DNA of 64,000 nucleotides from Chrysomallon squamiferum. Taxonomy: Eukaryota; Animalia; Mollusca. The position numbers and the translations under genes are program-made. Each line of letters begins with the position of its first letter. Within the stretch, counting starts at the first letter, position 1. The notes under the pieces are model-generated. The model was not told the DNA's origin. It worked only from the letters and a program-made list of their open reading frames with translations, and ran no database searches. The DNA lies in the NCBI GenBank assembly GCA_012295275.1, contig CM022670.1, positions 27,342,001 through 27,406,000 on the forward strand, read 5' to 3'. Shown here one piece after another: positions 27,318 to 42,100 of this stretch.

Positions 27318-30300
27318 TTTACATTTGCTCGAGAAAACAATTATGTCAGTGAAGTTGATGAATTAGAATCAATGTGTAATAATGCCCAGTATTTATAAGC
27401 TTATTCACCAAATATTGGTTAATTAAGAGCAACATTCGCTAAGGCAGACACGGAAGCCTAAATGCTTAATACAGTGTGAAATGAAATAAATCTCATTACA
27501 TGAAAATCAGGGGAAAATTCTTATTAAAAACTGTATATAATAAGTAGTAGTCATTTTTTTAAAAGCATTATGAACAAATCTTAATAGTTTGGTTACAGAC
27601 AAATGTTTCTTTACATTTAATTTGGTGGAAATTAATTAAAATAATTTTTATTATTGATGTAACAGGATTTTTGGAACAGTTAATTTTGGGTTTTTTTTTT
27701 TTAGTAGAAAGATGTTTATTTTATTTATTATTATCACCCAAACGTTATTAATTCTTTATTTTTATTTTAGTGGAGTAATAGTAGTAGTGTTGTTGCTGCT
27801 GCTGTTATTGTTATTATTATTATCATCATCATCATTATTATTGTTGCTGAGTATTTCCTCTCTCATATACCATTACAAAATTACATTATTAATAGCAGTT
27901 TGTTATTTTCACATTCCAACAAGTGCTCCAAGATCGATATATCAAAATTGACATATCAAAGATCTTGGTGTGTGCTTTTCTAATATACTGAGGTAAGATT
28001 AAATAAATTGTTCTTTATTTACATGAAAAATTACCAGACATATCAGAAGAAAAAAAAAAAACACCCCACATTTTGGACACATAATTCATTGTTATATTTG
28101 TTATCCCATCACTAATTTTATATACTTAAATTCCCATAGATAGCTTTATATTAGGTAAATCACATAATTAACATTAATACATTAAGTTACTGCTATGGCT
28201 TCTACTACCATTAAATCTATTACTTCCACTCTTTTTATAACTGCTTCAAATGCTGCAGTTGTTTCTAAGCTAAGTACAATTATAACATTATACATTCCAA
28301 ATGACTGCAACATTTTACCATTCCAACAAGATAATGTTATTCACATTAATTAATAACTCGCTGGGTTCTTCTAACACTCCAGTGAGATTTGCTGTAAAAC
28401 ATTTTATTGTCTCACAGACAGACAGACAGACATTAGCATTGTCTGAGTTAAAGTAATTCCGCTGGGAGATAAATGGTCTAATCTTTGTGTCACTGCTTGA
28501 TGTCATCGCAGATCTCGGACTATTTTTAGAAATGTGTTTCCAGTCCATGTCACATAAAATATGGTTTTAAACCTTTTATAGTATTTCTTTCTTTTTTTTT
28601 TTTTTTTTTTTTCATTTTTTTTTTTTTTTTTTTGCAAAAAATAACAAAATTTCAGTTCATTTCTTTGTTTTCTTTCTTTTTTTTTTGATTAAAGAAAGAT
28701 ATAATGACAAAAAGATTTAAAATATCCCAGTAATATGAGTGAAAAAAAAAAAAAATCAAATAATAATTTTTTACAGATTGAAAATAAAAAAAGAACAAGA
28801 CAGTGTCTTGTTTTCTTTTTATATTCCAGTGTAATTATGTTGGTTTTTTATGATGCTTCTTTCATTTTATTTTATTTTTGGTTTGGTGTTTTTATTTGTT
28901 TTTATTTGTTTGTTTGTTTGTTGGTTTGTTTCATGTTTGTTTTATTATTTATTTATTTATTTATATATTTATTTATTTAATTATTTAATATTATTTACTT
29001 ACGTACTTACTTACTGTTAATTTTTTTTTATGATTTATTTATTTATTTATTTATTTAATTATTAATATTTCTTTGTTACTATTGTTGTTAAATAGATAAT
29101 TAACTGATGTAGCATCTGAGAGAAAAACTGGTTTCTATACATATGTACAAACACATGTATATATATACACACAAACACATAGATACATATATATATAGAC
29201 ATACAAATGTACATATATACATAGACACACACACATATATGTATATATCCATGTGTGTGTATGTGTGTGTGTATATATATATATATTTATATTTATATAC
29301 TATTAATAAAATTAATTTTTCTACCAAGTCACCAGGTTCATGCTTATTAATTTGTTATATTTTTGGTCTGTTCTGTGATATCTAATCACTGGCTTCTCTT
29401 TCACTGCCATAACGACCGCTCTGACTACCAACATCACTGCATCTACTTACTCATCCCTCAGTCTAAGACAGGGCGACCACCCTACTTTAACAATTAACTC
29501 CACCACTGTTTTAAATTACTGCAAATTGTGGGCCCATCAGCTGTTAGGCTTAAAGCTAATAAACTCTACCATAAGTGTATGACTTGAGAGAGATTCCTAC
29601 ATAATTACATAACAAACTATTTTTATTTAAATCCATTATGCCTACTCACTGCAGCTGACTGATATTAGTTTACATGACAGGTTAATTCCTTTAATATAAA
29701 CACAGAAATTAATAGAAATTGAACAAAAATAGTTTGAGAAATGCTTGTAAATAATTAAATTATGAACTGTATTTATTTAAAATGATTCCGTTCACCTTCG
29801 TGAATGTACTGATATTTGTAATAAAATAATTCACAATAATATAAATTCAGATGCTAAAATAAATAGCAGTTTCGTGAATAAAGAAAAATTGTTTGAGGTT
29901 CTTTTGTAATTAAATAATGAAGTATTTTTATTTAAAACAATTTCATTTAAATATTACTAAAGTGATAATTTCATCTGTTAAGTATTTTTAATGTACACAC
30001 CTATATACATATACTTGTAATTAACTGTATGACAAAAATACTTTAAGATACACTTAATGTTATTAAACAGTACTTACTTAATAAAATGTATTCTATTGAA
30101 ACCATTGGGTTTATTCATATATACATAAGCAACTGTGCTTATTTAAAAATACTGAATTCATTGACATAAAATTATGCAGTATGTAGTTTATAAATATGGT
30201 TAATTTATTTTAATGTACTCAGTTGTAAAACAAAAATAGTTTGAGGAATATTTATAGGTATTTACATAATGAAATGTGGTCAGTTAAAAATATTCAATTC

Positions 30301-33189
30301 ACTGACCTATGTTTTATATCAGTTTATAAACCAGGTTAATTATGTTTAATATATACACCCATTAAATAACAACTGTGTAATAAAAATAATTCCTGAGACA
30401 TTTACATTTAATAACAATAATTTAAACACAGAATTTATTGACTCAATCATTTTACATCCCTGTTTAATAATTCTTAACAGTGCTCCTTTGAATTGTTTTA
30501 ATTAAACAAAGAAAAATAGAGAAATAGAAACAATGAAAGAAAAAAGGATATCAAAACAATATTGAAATTATATCATGTACACTGAACTGTATATTGTTAG
30601 CTTGAACTGAGTTAAGGAAATAGAGATAAAGTTGTGTACATCTAGCCCTGGGCAGTCTGATGTGCAAGTGAAATAAAAAGTATTCAGCACAGCTTTATTT
30701 ATTGTAATGGGGTACATTTTGTTTTTCACCTGTTCCATTCCATCACAAGGAAGCAAAATGGGATAACACCTGCCAGATAACAGACTGATTTGCAATTGGA
30801 TGAACTTTATGATTAAAAAAAGTATAATTATTCTGTATTTATTAACTTGTCATTTGTGCTTATAACAAATAGTGAGAATTTGTATTATGTTTGTGTGTTG
30901 TAATTTGATGCAAAATTAAAGGTTTTTGTTATATTTAGATAAAACTTTATATGCATCATATTTTTATTTTATTTTTTTCCAAAACAAGATTCTTAGAGAT
31001 TTACAGACAAGACTACTGAACTCAATTTAAGATAAAAACCCTTCAGCAAATATTCACATAATTTTATGATCACAATAAAGTTAAAAGTATATGTGGAGAA
31101 GTAAAAAAATATCTAGGTACTTTTCACATAGATCATGCATGTCACTCCAGTGTACAAGGGGTGAAGCATGAAAATATCTAAATTACATATATCATGGATC
31201 AAGACTTGCTAGATAATTTTATAGTAAGGAAATTTATTTCATTTTTTTTAAAATTCAGGATCAGCTTTTATACATGTAATACGTTATTAGTATTTGTGTG
31301 TGGGTGTGTTTGTGTAGTAGATAGGTAGTTATGTACATACGTAAGTCTGCCTATCTGTCTGCCTGTATAATTAGTTTCCTTTTTTTCAGTAAAAGAATGT
31401 ACAAACTGTGTTTTGTGTCACTAAAATAAAATGTTTTACTGCTGCCTGGTGACAGTTCAAGGTAATGAATGTGATCAGATCACACTCAGATCACACATTA
31501 GTGTGTGATTTATCACTCTTCTACATGCAAATAGCAGGCTACTGCTGCATCAAGTCACACAAGTGTTGTGTATGGTTATACAACCAGCATTTGCATGTGT
31601 AATAATTAACAGCGAAATGGCAACAATTTTATTGTTTATTCATTTATTTTTATATTTACTTTTTATTTTTATTTTTTTTTATGTTTTTTTTTTTTTACAA
31701 ATTTTTTGTTTTGTTTTTTACTTAAATACTGAAATTCCATAAGGTATACTTCTTTATAATTCAGAAATGTCACAAGAACAGTAAATCAGTTTCTAAGCTG
31801 ATGTAAATGTCAGTTTGTAAAGTCCTCCTATGTTGATAAATCTGCAGTTAGGTGATAAATTTAAGATGTAAATTTAAAACTCTTTTGTTTTAAGATGTAA
31901 AAATTCATTCCCCCTGTTGCACTATATTTTTAAAATGTTGCTTTATTTTTATTTCTAGATATATGGTGTATATCTGAATGTATATATCTTTGCATGTGAG
32001 TAAGTGTGCATTTTTGTATGTCTGTCTGAATGCACATAGGTACATTCATTTATGGATTTGTGGATTTATAGATTTATGGATTTTTCAAATGCACAAAAGC
32101 ATATATGTATTTATGTATGTGTGTATGTATGTGTAAAGGTATGTGGGCATGTATGTGTGCATGTGTGCATGTGTGAATGTGTGTGTGTGTGTGTATGTGT
32201 GTGCATGCTAGTGTAGGTATGTCTATATCTGTTTATTGTATATATTTGTGTGTGTGTGTGTGTGTGCATCGATTTGTGTTTGATATTGTCTGTATAAAAT
32301 GTTCAAGTTCTACATAAACAAATCAACTTGAACTGAGTTTAACTCTCTGTATCACTCTGTCCAGTACCTACCTCACATTTATCTCCAGTGGGAAATCACC
32401 CTATTGCTCAGCACAACTCTGTGTCCTAAATTAATAATTGTGTCAAAGTCGAGTGATCTTCGAGGATTATCTCTTATAATTAATCTAGGAAACTGTTAAT
32501 GGTACGCTTTTCATTGTCCAGTGTTTTATTTATGAGCGTACAACACAAACATTTTTACTTGATTAATTCTTCTAAGTGCAGCCACAAATTACAGATTAAC
32601 AGAATTCTCACAGATGTTGATATTTCAGCTCACCACACAAGTTTGAATTCTTAAAAGAAAATTTAAACTTAATCTATCTTCAGTAAAATTTAGTTAATAC
32701 ATCAATGAATTTAGACAATGCATGAACGATTTTAGATAATACACTTAGATAAATAAGTGAAGATAGATAAATGAAAGTAACATTTTATGGTATTTTACTA
32801 AACATGAATGTAATAAATGTAATGAAAAGCAATAATTAAATAAATATCTAATGTTTACAATTTAAGTCATACTTGGTATTTTTTTATTTTTTTTTTTTCT
32901 GAGCAGAAAAACAGACAGCACAACTTTTAAATGATTAATACTACTGAAGTGGGAGTATCTAATTTTGCACTAATAGTGATGGACAAGACAGCACATACCA
33001 CTGCTTTAAATACAGTAGTCATATCACCATGCCTTCACTCAGCCAGTAAATCTGTTCTTTCAGTAAACCAAAATTATTCTTCAAAGTCTGCGTGTCCATT
33101 AAAAGCCAAAATCTGCTTCTTAGCAAAGTCATCATCACACACACACACACACACACACACACATGCATACACACACATATGCATGCACA

Positions 33190-33244
<55 letters not shown>

Positions 33245-33497
33245 GCACACTCAAATGCACACACACACACACTGACTTTAGTTCCCTGCATGTGCAGCAC
33301 CATATCCAATACTGTTCAACTACAGACTACTGCTATTTTTGTTTTTATTATTATTATTACTGTCAGTATTATTGTTAGTGTCATTTTTATTGTAATTATT
33401 GTTGCTATTATTACTATTATTAGCATTATTGTTATTGTTAGTTATTATTTTTATTTTTATTATTACCATTATTATTATTATTATTATTACTATTATG

Positions 33498-33554
<57 letters not shown>

Positions 33555-35133
33555 GGCATTCCACTACAAAATATGAGTTACTCAAGAAAAGATAAATAAA
33601 AATAATGTGTTAGTGAGCATCAAGACAGACTGTCACAAACATGTCATTGCAGTGTTTAGCAGTTTTTTAACTAATCACTCTCTACACTGATCACTGTGTG
33701 TGTGTCTGGATAGGTGTATGTGTGTCTGTGTGTGTGTGTATGTACATAGATGCATAACACATACATGTTTATACATACACATGTAGTTACTTAAACACAC
33801 AGGTAAACACACTTACACATGTAGGTAGTTACACTCATGTATGTTCATTAATATACTTACTTGCACTAAATAAAATAAAATAAATATCCTTTCTAGCAGT
33901 GCACTAAATTAGATAAGTTGTATTTATCAGTTTACCTTGATTGAATCTGTATCAAATATAGAACATAATTTATGTCACAGACAAAAAGTCTTTTAAGCAG
34001 CTTCGTGTATTTATTTTTCTTTTATTTGAAACCTATTCAGCCAAAATAAATCAATATATTCTATATATTTACCATTATCTTAATATTAGTCAATAATAGA
34101 ACAGATTGTAAAGGAAAAAGTAAACTTTTGGATGAGTCCATCAAAAAATAATAATACATCTGCAGTAGATGTTTCTAAATATACCTTCATGATTTACTGT
34201 TTTTTGTTCTCTGAAGCAGAAGACTCACAAAACATAAAGTATGTTTGATAAATTATTTGTCTTTATTTTTTTTTTAATTTCAAAAATGCATTATTATTTT
34301 TAAAAACATCAGTATAAAATAGGATTTAGAGAGAAATAATGAAACCCAAATAAAAACCATGCAGTACACAAAATTCTATACAAAGAAAAAATGAGATTAA
34401 TAATTTATTATGTCTGAATAATGAAATTTCTAATTCTTTGAATGGTATTTTCTGCATTCACTGTTTTTAAATATTTTTCTTTAAGCAAGTTGGAAACAAT
34501 AAATAACATTTTTATTTCAGAACTACCTTTTTGTTTGATTTTTGTTGTTGTTGTTGTTTTGTTTTTTTCCATAATAGTTTTGTTAGTTTTTATTATTTGT
34601 TTTTTTAATTTTGTTATTTATTATTTTTATCATCTTACCTTATTTAGAAGCATAATGTTTTTTATACATATAAAATAAACATCAGATTTTTTGCCTATAC
34701 CTAAAACATAAGTAAATTAAAAGAAGTCATTCAGACATTCTGATAAAGATGTGAAGTTTTAAAACATTCTGATGTTAGAGAGCAATTTAGCCTCCCATCA
34801 GTTTAATATCGGAAAATAAAACTGTTGAATGAGACCATCAATAACATTAATAATTCAGCAGCTTCTAAATTTGCCTTTACAATTTACTATTTTTTGTTCA
34901 CTGAAGCAGAAGACTTCCGACAAACTAAAAAGTATATTTGATAAATGATTTAAGTCCATTATTTAATTGCTCAGCTGTATAAGTGTGTTTGAGGCCATCG
35001 GCACACAAATATTCAAGGTCAAACAAAAGATCTTGAACATGCTCCCCAAAATTTAAAATTTGGCATAGCCTGTATTGTCATTTGATGATGACTGCTTAAA
35101 AGTGTAAATAGTGAAATAGGTTTATATAAAAAA

Positions 35134-35170
<37 letters not shown>

Positions 35171-36074
35171 TTAAAATTACCTAAAAATACAGTTTTATAA
35201 AATGTATTAATAGATGCATTTTTTTACTGGAATAGCACAGTTTACTGTTTTCAGTTTCTAGGTGGGTTTTCTGGGGATATATTTTTTAAATTATGAGGAT
35301 TTTGGGATGAAATATAATTGTAATAATTGTTATTATTACTATTTTGTTAAAGTACTACTATGATAGACTAATATTTTTCATTATTTTATATTAGTTCTTT
35401 CTTTTTTAAAATAATAATCATTTATATATTAAAAATCAGGAAAAAAAATTAAAGATAATTTTACCAGCACTATAAAAGACATAATTTCACTATACAAATG
35501 TGTTCAAAATGTATATTAAAGACAATTTACATTAATGACAATCATTTTCTTCAATCTGTCTTTATCTTTCTGTATGTTTTTATTTGTTTATATATGTGTG
35601 TGTTTGTTTGTTTATTATGTGTTTGTGTTTGAGTGTATATCATGTGTATGTGTCTCTGTGGTCTATACATGTATATATATATATATATGTATGTGTGTAT
35701 GTATATGTGTATATATGTGTATGTATGTATATATATGTATGTATGAATGTGTATATATTTGTATGTATGTATATATATGTGTGTATGTATGTATGTATCT
35801 ATCTGTGTCAGTCGTTTTCTATTTTATTTCAGGTTTTCTCACTGTTCAGCTGTTTATTAAAGTAACTGGTCTCACTGTGTGTTTTATTCTCTCTTTCCAG
35901 GCCCCAACAACAGAACAGTTGCAGCTTTCTGGCACATGGTTTGGCAAGAAGGTGTCCATTGTATTGTCATGGCAACAGGGCTGTTTGAAAATGCAGTGGT
36001 GCGTATTAATAAGAATTACAAATTTAAATTTTATATATATTATTTATTTTATTTAGTATTACTATTATTATCAC

Positions 36075-36105
<31 letters not shown>

Positions 36106-39100
36106 ATTACTATTATTATTATTATTATTATTACTAATATTATTATTATTACTATTATTATTATAATTATTATTACTATTATTATTATATTATTACTATT
36201 ACTGCTACTATTATTATTATTATTATTATTACTGTTGTTCTTCTTATTATTACTATTATCATTATTATTCTACTTACATTCATCAGTTAAATTTTAAAGC
36301 AGCTTTTGAAAATTATTTTTTGTTAATTAAATTAATAATTATTAATCAAATATATGTTTATGTGTAATAAATAAATAAATATAAATTTTAAAATAATAAA
36401 GCTGAACAACTGAATCACAAACTTTGTGGCCCTTTAAATCTTTTACATTTTTTTCATTTTAAACAGCTTATTTATTTAAAATTAACGTTATATTTTTTAA
36501 AATTATAAATTATTAAGCTGAAATTATGACTATTAATACACACATAAAAATGTGACAGAATTTAACAAAATATATTTAGAAAATATTTAGGCCAAAATAT
36601 ATATATTATTCATTTTATATATATATATATAAACGAAAATGAATAATAACAAAATAAGATTATGAACTGATATTATTTTATCTTAATGCTGTCTCAGATA
36701 AACAAAAATTTGTTTTACATTTTGATTAAGACAAATTCAGCTATTTGGGGTGTTGCATTACATTTCGTGTTCAAACTACATAAATAAATAGTTCTTAATA
36801 TTATAAATTGTCATGCTTATGTCATATATTTTTTAATTTAGCAACAGTGTGAAAAGTACTGGGATGATATAATAGGTGTCACGAAGTATGTGCGTCAAGG
36901 AGACATCCACATTTGGACAGATGAAAGCATTCTACTGGCTCAGCTCAATATCAGAACATTTCGAATTCAAAAGGTTTGTAAAGAAATTGTCTTATATTAA
37001 TGATACGTTAATAAAATATCTATATACTTGTATACACTGATGCAATATAATTTGCAGATATACAAAATAAAGCTACACAGCTTTATGTACTGATATATAT
37101 ATAATAAATATATAATATATGTATTTATAAGTAGATTAATATAAGAATTAAGAATATGTAAGTTATATGTTGAGTGATATATAGAATAAAGATATATAGT
37201 TATATGTAGGATAATATATTAGATTAAGATATATAATTATATGTTATATAAAGAACAAACGTTTGTAGACTGACAAGTAGATTAAAACATATATAGATAT
37301 AATGGTATGTAAACTAACAGGTAAACATATTTAGACTGATAAATAGGTTAGAGATACACAGATGTCTGTAGACTAAGCAGTAGATTAAAAATATACTACT
37401 GACAGTCAGGCTAAATAAATATATACAGATGCATATGAACAGACTGATAGATTAAAGATACATAGATTTACAGGTAAATGTATATATGTTAATATAATAT
37501 TTTATAGACTGTCAGAGAGAATAAAGATATATAACTACATGATGTCTAAATCATAATTCATATGTTTACATATATACTTTTAAAATAATATTTACTTCCA
37601 AACATATTAAAGTATACATATTTATGTATTATTAGTTTCATTTGTTTGTTTATTTATTCATCGTGATAAATAGGGGAAAAAATCAATTTATATAAAATTT
37701 ATTTATTTACCTGCTTATTTATTATGATCAATACCTTTTTGCCATTTATTATTATGTATGTCTCTTTATTATGATAAATGGGAAACCTAAAATGTACTTA
37801 GATTTAAGAACTATTTTTTTATTATTATGATAAACAGGAAAACCAAATTAATATATATTTTGCATATTATTTATGTTTTTTATTATGATAAATGGAAAAG
37901 ACAAAATGGTTACATATTTATATATTATTTATTTTCTTGCTTATTAATTGTAATAATAGGAGGAATTAAATTTTATATTTATTTATGTATGTAAGTGAAA
38001 CATAAATTTATATTGTCAAAAAATGTTTCTTCCATATTTAGTAATGTGTAATTTTGGGTTATGCTGTTTTGTTAATTGAAGTGGTTAATTTTAGCAAAGA
38101 TTTGTTTTTGCAAAAGTTAGTTTAAATATAAATATTTTACCAGTATTTAAATATTTATTTATTTCTTTTTCTTTCATATTGCTTTTATTTATAGTGATTT
38201 ATATTACTTTTAATTCAATTATTTAGTTTAAAAATTTTTTATTTTATATTTATATTGCATTGTATATGCTAATAAATAAATAAATTGCACAACACATTTA
38301 AATTAATTAAAAAGTAATAATTATAATAAGACAATTTAATTAATATAATGTAATAAATAACTTAATATAGATAAAAATAAATAATAAATTTAGAAAATAA
38401 ATAATAAATTTTAAAAGAAATAATAAATTTTAAAAATAAACAAATATTTTCTATCACCTTTTTCAGTCTTCTTCTTCTTCTTAATTTTTCTAAAAATAAA
38501 ATATAACAACTCTTTAAATTTTTGACTGTTTAATGGCTATTTCCTTTATTCATATCCTTGAGAACATCCACTTCCATCGAATTTTAAGCATTTATTTTGT
38601 CTTTCTTCAGTCTGATCTATTACTTTCTAGAAATGATATGCAATCAATACTAGAAAAATGACATTAGAAATAAAATATGATTTATATTTGCTGATATTAA
38701 AGTCAGAAGATTTACTGCAAATAAAAATTAATCTATTGATCATTAATGTGTAAAATTAAGACTTTTCTCTGCATATTTTCCTTCTCAAGTTTTTTGGTGT
38801 TTTTGTTTTTTAAATACTAAATCACATAGTAAGTCTATAGGATGATGCTCTTACCACTTGCTTTAAACTTTTTACTGAAAAAAAGGTCTTTTTAATTATT
38901 TCTTAAATTTTAATTATAATGTGCCTAATTTAATCTTGAAAATTATATCAATGAAAGGAAAGTATTCCATTCTGCGTGTTTTGTTTTTTAAATCCTGGAT
39001 CCAGTGGGTTTTATCATTACCAATTGAAATCTGTTGATGCATAATAAGTGAAATGAATTGAAAATACTCTCTGTTCCTTTAGCAGAATGAGATTAAACTT

Positions 39101-42100
39101 GTCATGAACAAAACACATAAAATATCAGAAATATCTGTCAGACAGACAATGTGCAAATAAAACAACAAAATTTCAAATTTCATTTGTTATAATCATAAAA
39201 TTTTTATTTGTTACAAAAATATTATTTGTCATGATATAAAATTCCACTTGTTACAGATATAAAATGTCTGTTGCCATAAATGTGATACATATTAATTTTT
39301 ATCACAGTATAATTATTTGATGTTTTTATAACATTTCATTTATCCTCAAGAAACAGTTTGCAAAAAGTAAGATTCTTGCTAAATATATCACAGCCAACAG
39401 GGATCAATTTTTGAATTACTAAATAAAAAAATAGTAATAAAAATTAAAAATAAAAAACCCAACATAACTTTGAATAATCACATTTTGACATTTCTGGATC
39501 TTAAAAAATTATCCAACAATTTTTTTTCTTTAATTGCAGCAAATAAAAAAAAAAAATGATTAAAAAGCAATTAAAGATAGGTTTGCTGCAGAAATGACAT
39601 TTTTAATTTGTTATTTTACACTGGGCATTTTGTAACAGTTTTATTACTGTCCTTTTTTTAAAATGTTGCTGAATTATTTTGATTTGTTTTGTTTACCAGG
39701 AAGGGAGTTCCGAGCAGCGAATAGTCAAACACTTTGAGATGATTGGTTTCCATGACAATGAGAGTACAGACACTGGCCTCATTCTGGATGTAAGGAGGCG
39801 AGTGAATACGTTCATGAAAAGAACTACAGGGCCTGTTCTCGTCCACTGCAGGTATTACCTGTGAACACCTTTTCATTAACGTTTATTACCTGTGAACACC
39901 TTTTCATTAACGTTTATTACCTGTGAACACCTTTTCATTAATATTTATTACCTGTGAACACCTTTTCATTAACTTTTATTACCTGTGAACACATTTTCAT
40001 TAACTTTTATTACCTGTGAACACCTTTTTGTTACATTTTAGTATCTGTATATACCATTTTTTTACATGCAAATACCATTAACTTTTATTACCTGTGAACA
40101 CCTTTTCATTACAGATGCATTTTATTACATGAAAATTCCATTTTACTACATGATGCCATTTTGGTACCTATATATACCATTTTGTTACATTTTTAACTTT
40201 TATTACCTGTGAAAACCTTTTTGTTACATATAGATAACATTTTGATACTATAAAATGTCATCTTCATAGATACCATGATTTTCTTTTGTTTACAGGTAAA
40301 CACACTTTCTTTACACAGACACCATTTTATTATTACCTATAAGATCATTTTGTTATATACATATACCATTTTATTACCTGTAAATCTCTGTATTTACATA
40401 TAGATATCATTTCATTACTTTCCCATGCCATTCTGTTACTCACAGATGCCATCTTATCACCTGCATGTATCTTTATTTATTTTTTTACTTATGCTAATAC
40501 CATTTTATTCCATATGCATATCATTTTCTTTAGCTGTAAATATCATCTGAAGCATATATTTAAATACCAATTTTTAATAGTTATTTTGATATCTATAAAT
40601 ATCACTGTTGCATTTCATTTTATAGTGGGTATTATCTTAATGCTTATGGACATGTTTTCACAAAATAAAAGTAGCCTATTATTACTTCATCAATGTGATT
40701 TTATTACCAGTAGAAGTGATTGCTAACAGTATATTCTGGGTACATTTTCCGAGTGAACCATTTTAATACATTATCTAAGGCTATATTACGTTGTGAACTG
40801 AACATTATTTTATGTCAGGCAGACACTTACATTGTCTGTGCATTATTTCATTTACTGCTTTGTTGTGGAGACTTGTCTCTGAAAAATAGAATGTTCTGGA
40901 AATAGTACGAAACACAGAGCAAGATTAAAAATAGTATAATAATGTCTGTAATTAATTGCTTCTATATACAAAAGTCACAAAGATATTAAATATAAATTTA
41001 TAATTACACAAAAATAATATAATTAAATAATATTACATGTTTTTAATTACACCAAACTATTAAAGGTTTTTATTTATATCAATGACACTTTAATGTCAGA
41101 GTTATATATTGTAAACAAATCAGTGAAAGGTTTTTTCTCTTTTTAAGTTGTTAGGTTTTTTTATAATTCACATAGTAATTTTAAGCTTAAGCTGACACTG
41201 AGATTGATGTTCAAAATAATTTTGATTTTAAAAAAGATTCTCTGATGGTTTATCATTACAGAAGTTATTAAACATATATTTTTTAACTGATAATGAATGA
41301 GTCAGTATGATGACACCAGTCAAATGAGCTGATGTTAGCACTATGTTACAGTGTTTCTCATTGGTTCAGCAAGATAATATTTTCTTTATGACTGAAATAA
41401 TTTTTTTAAGAAATACTTTTTAAAATGAAAGAAAAAAAAAGAAAATGTTATTTTAATGCTATTGGTATTTTGTGAAGGTTAATTAAAAAAAATAATAATG
41501 TGATTTTTAGAGAATGGAGTGTGGAAAAATAATTTTCTAATCAAAAAAAAAAAAATTAAAAACACACAAAACCACAAATATACAAGAAGAGATATCATGA
41601 AAAGAGTGCTATTTTATAGAATTATTTTTGATACTGCTTATTGAGTGGATTAAAATTTCAAAAATCCCTCATATGAATAAAACAAAATCCACAATGATTT
41701 TAATTTCAGATATAATTTTAATCTAAAAATTTGTTTCATAAAAATCTTTAATTCAGTTCTAAAACAAAAATATACGTACATATGGTTAATCTTCAACCAG
41801 TCCTGTCTCCTGAGATTACCATTTTTATAAGTGTCGTCTGCCTCAGGTCAAAGCCTTGTAACAACTGTCCAGGTTATTTAAGTCGAAGATAAAATAATAA
41901 TTATTCAGTTTTACTTAGTAATGCCTATTTTAAAATTAAAATATATAGGTTTATGATCATTGTTTTAATTTCTACATGTTAAAACCAAAAAAATTCTGAA
42001 GAACAGAGGATGTAGGAGAATATACTTAAGAAATCAGCCATTGGAAGTAAAAAAGCAGAAACACCTGATATTGTGTGACTGCAACAATGTCCATCATACT

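Noticed and set aside
35821-35900. Upstream acceptor ttatttcag at 35832 before exon 5
   Set aside because: It lies 68 nt from the true acceptor, so its use would shift the frame; no supporting evidence.
36840-36847. Second AG 6 nt into exon 6 (tag|CAACAG|)
   Set aside because: Possible minor 2-aa variant, but alignment to the xKCxxYW motif favours the first AG.
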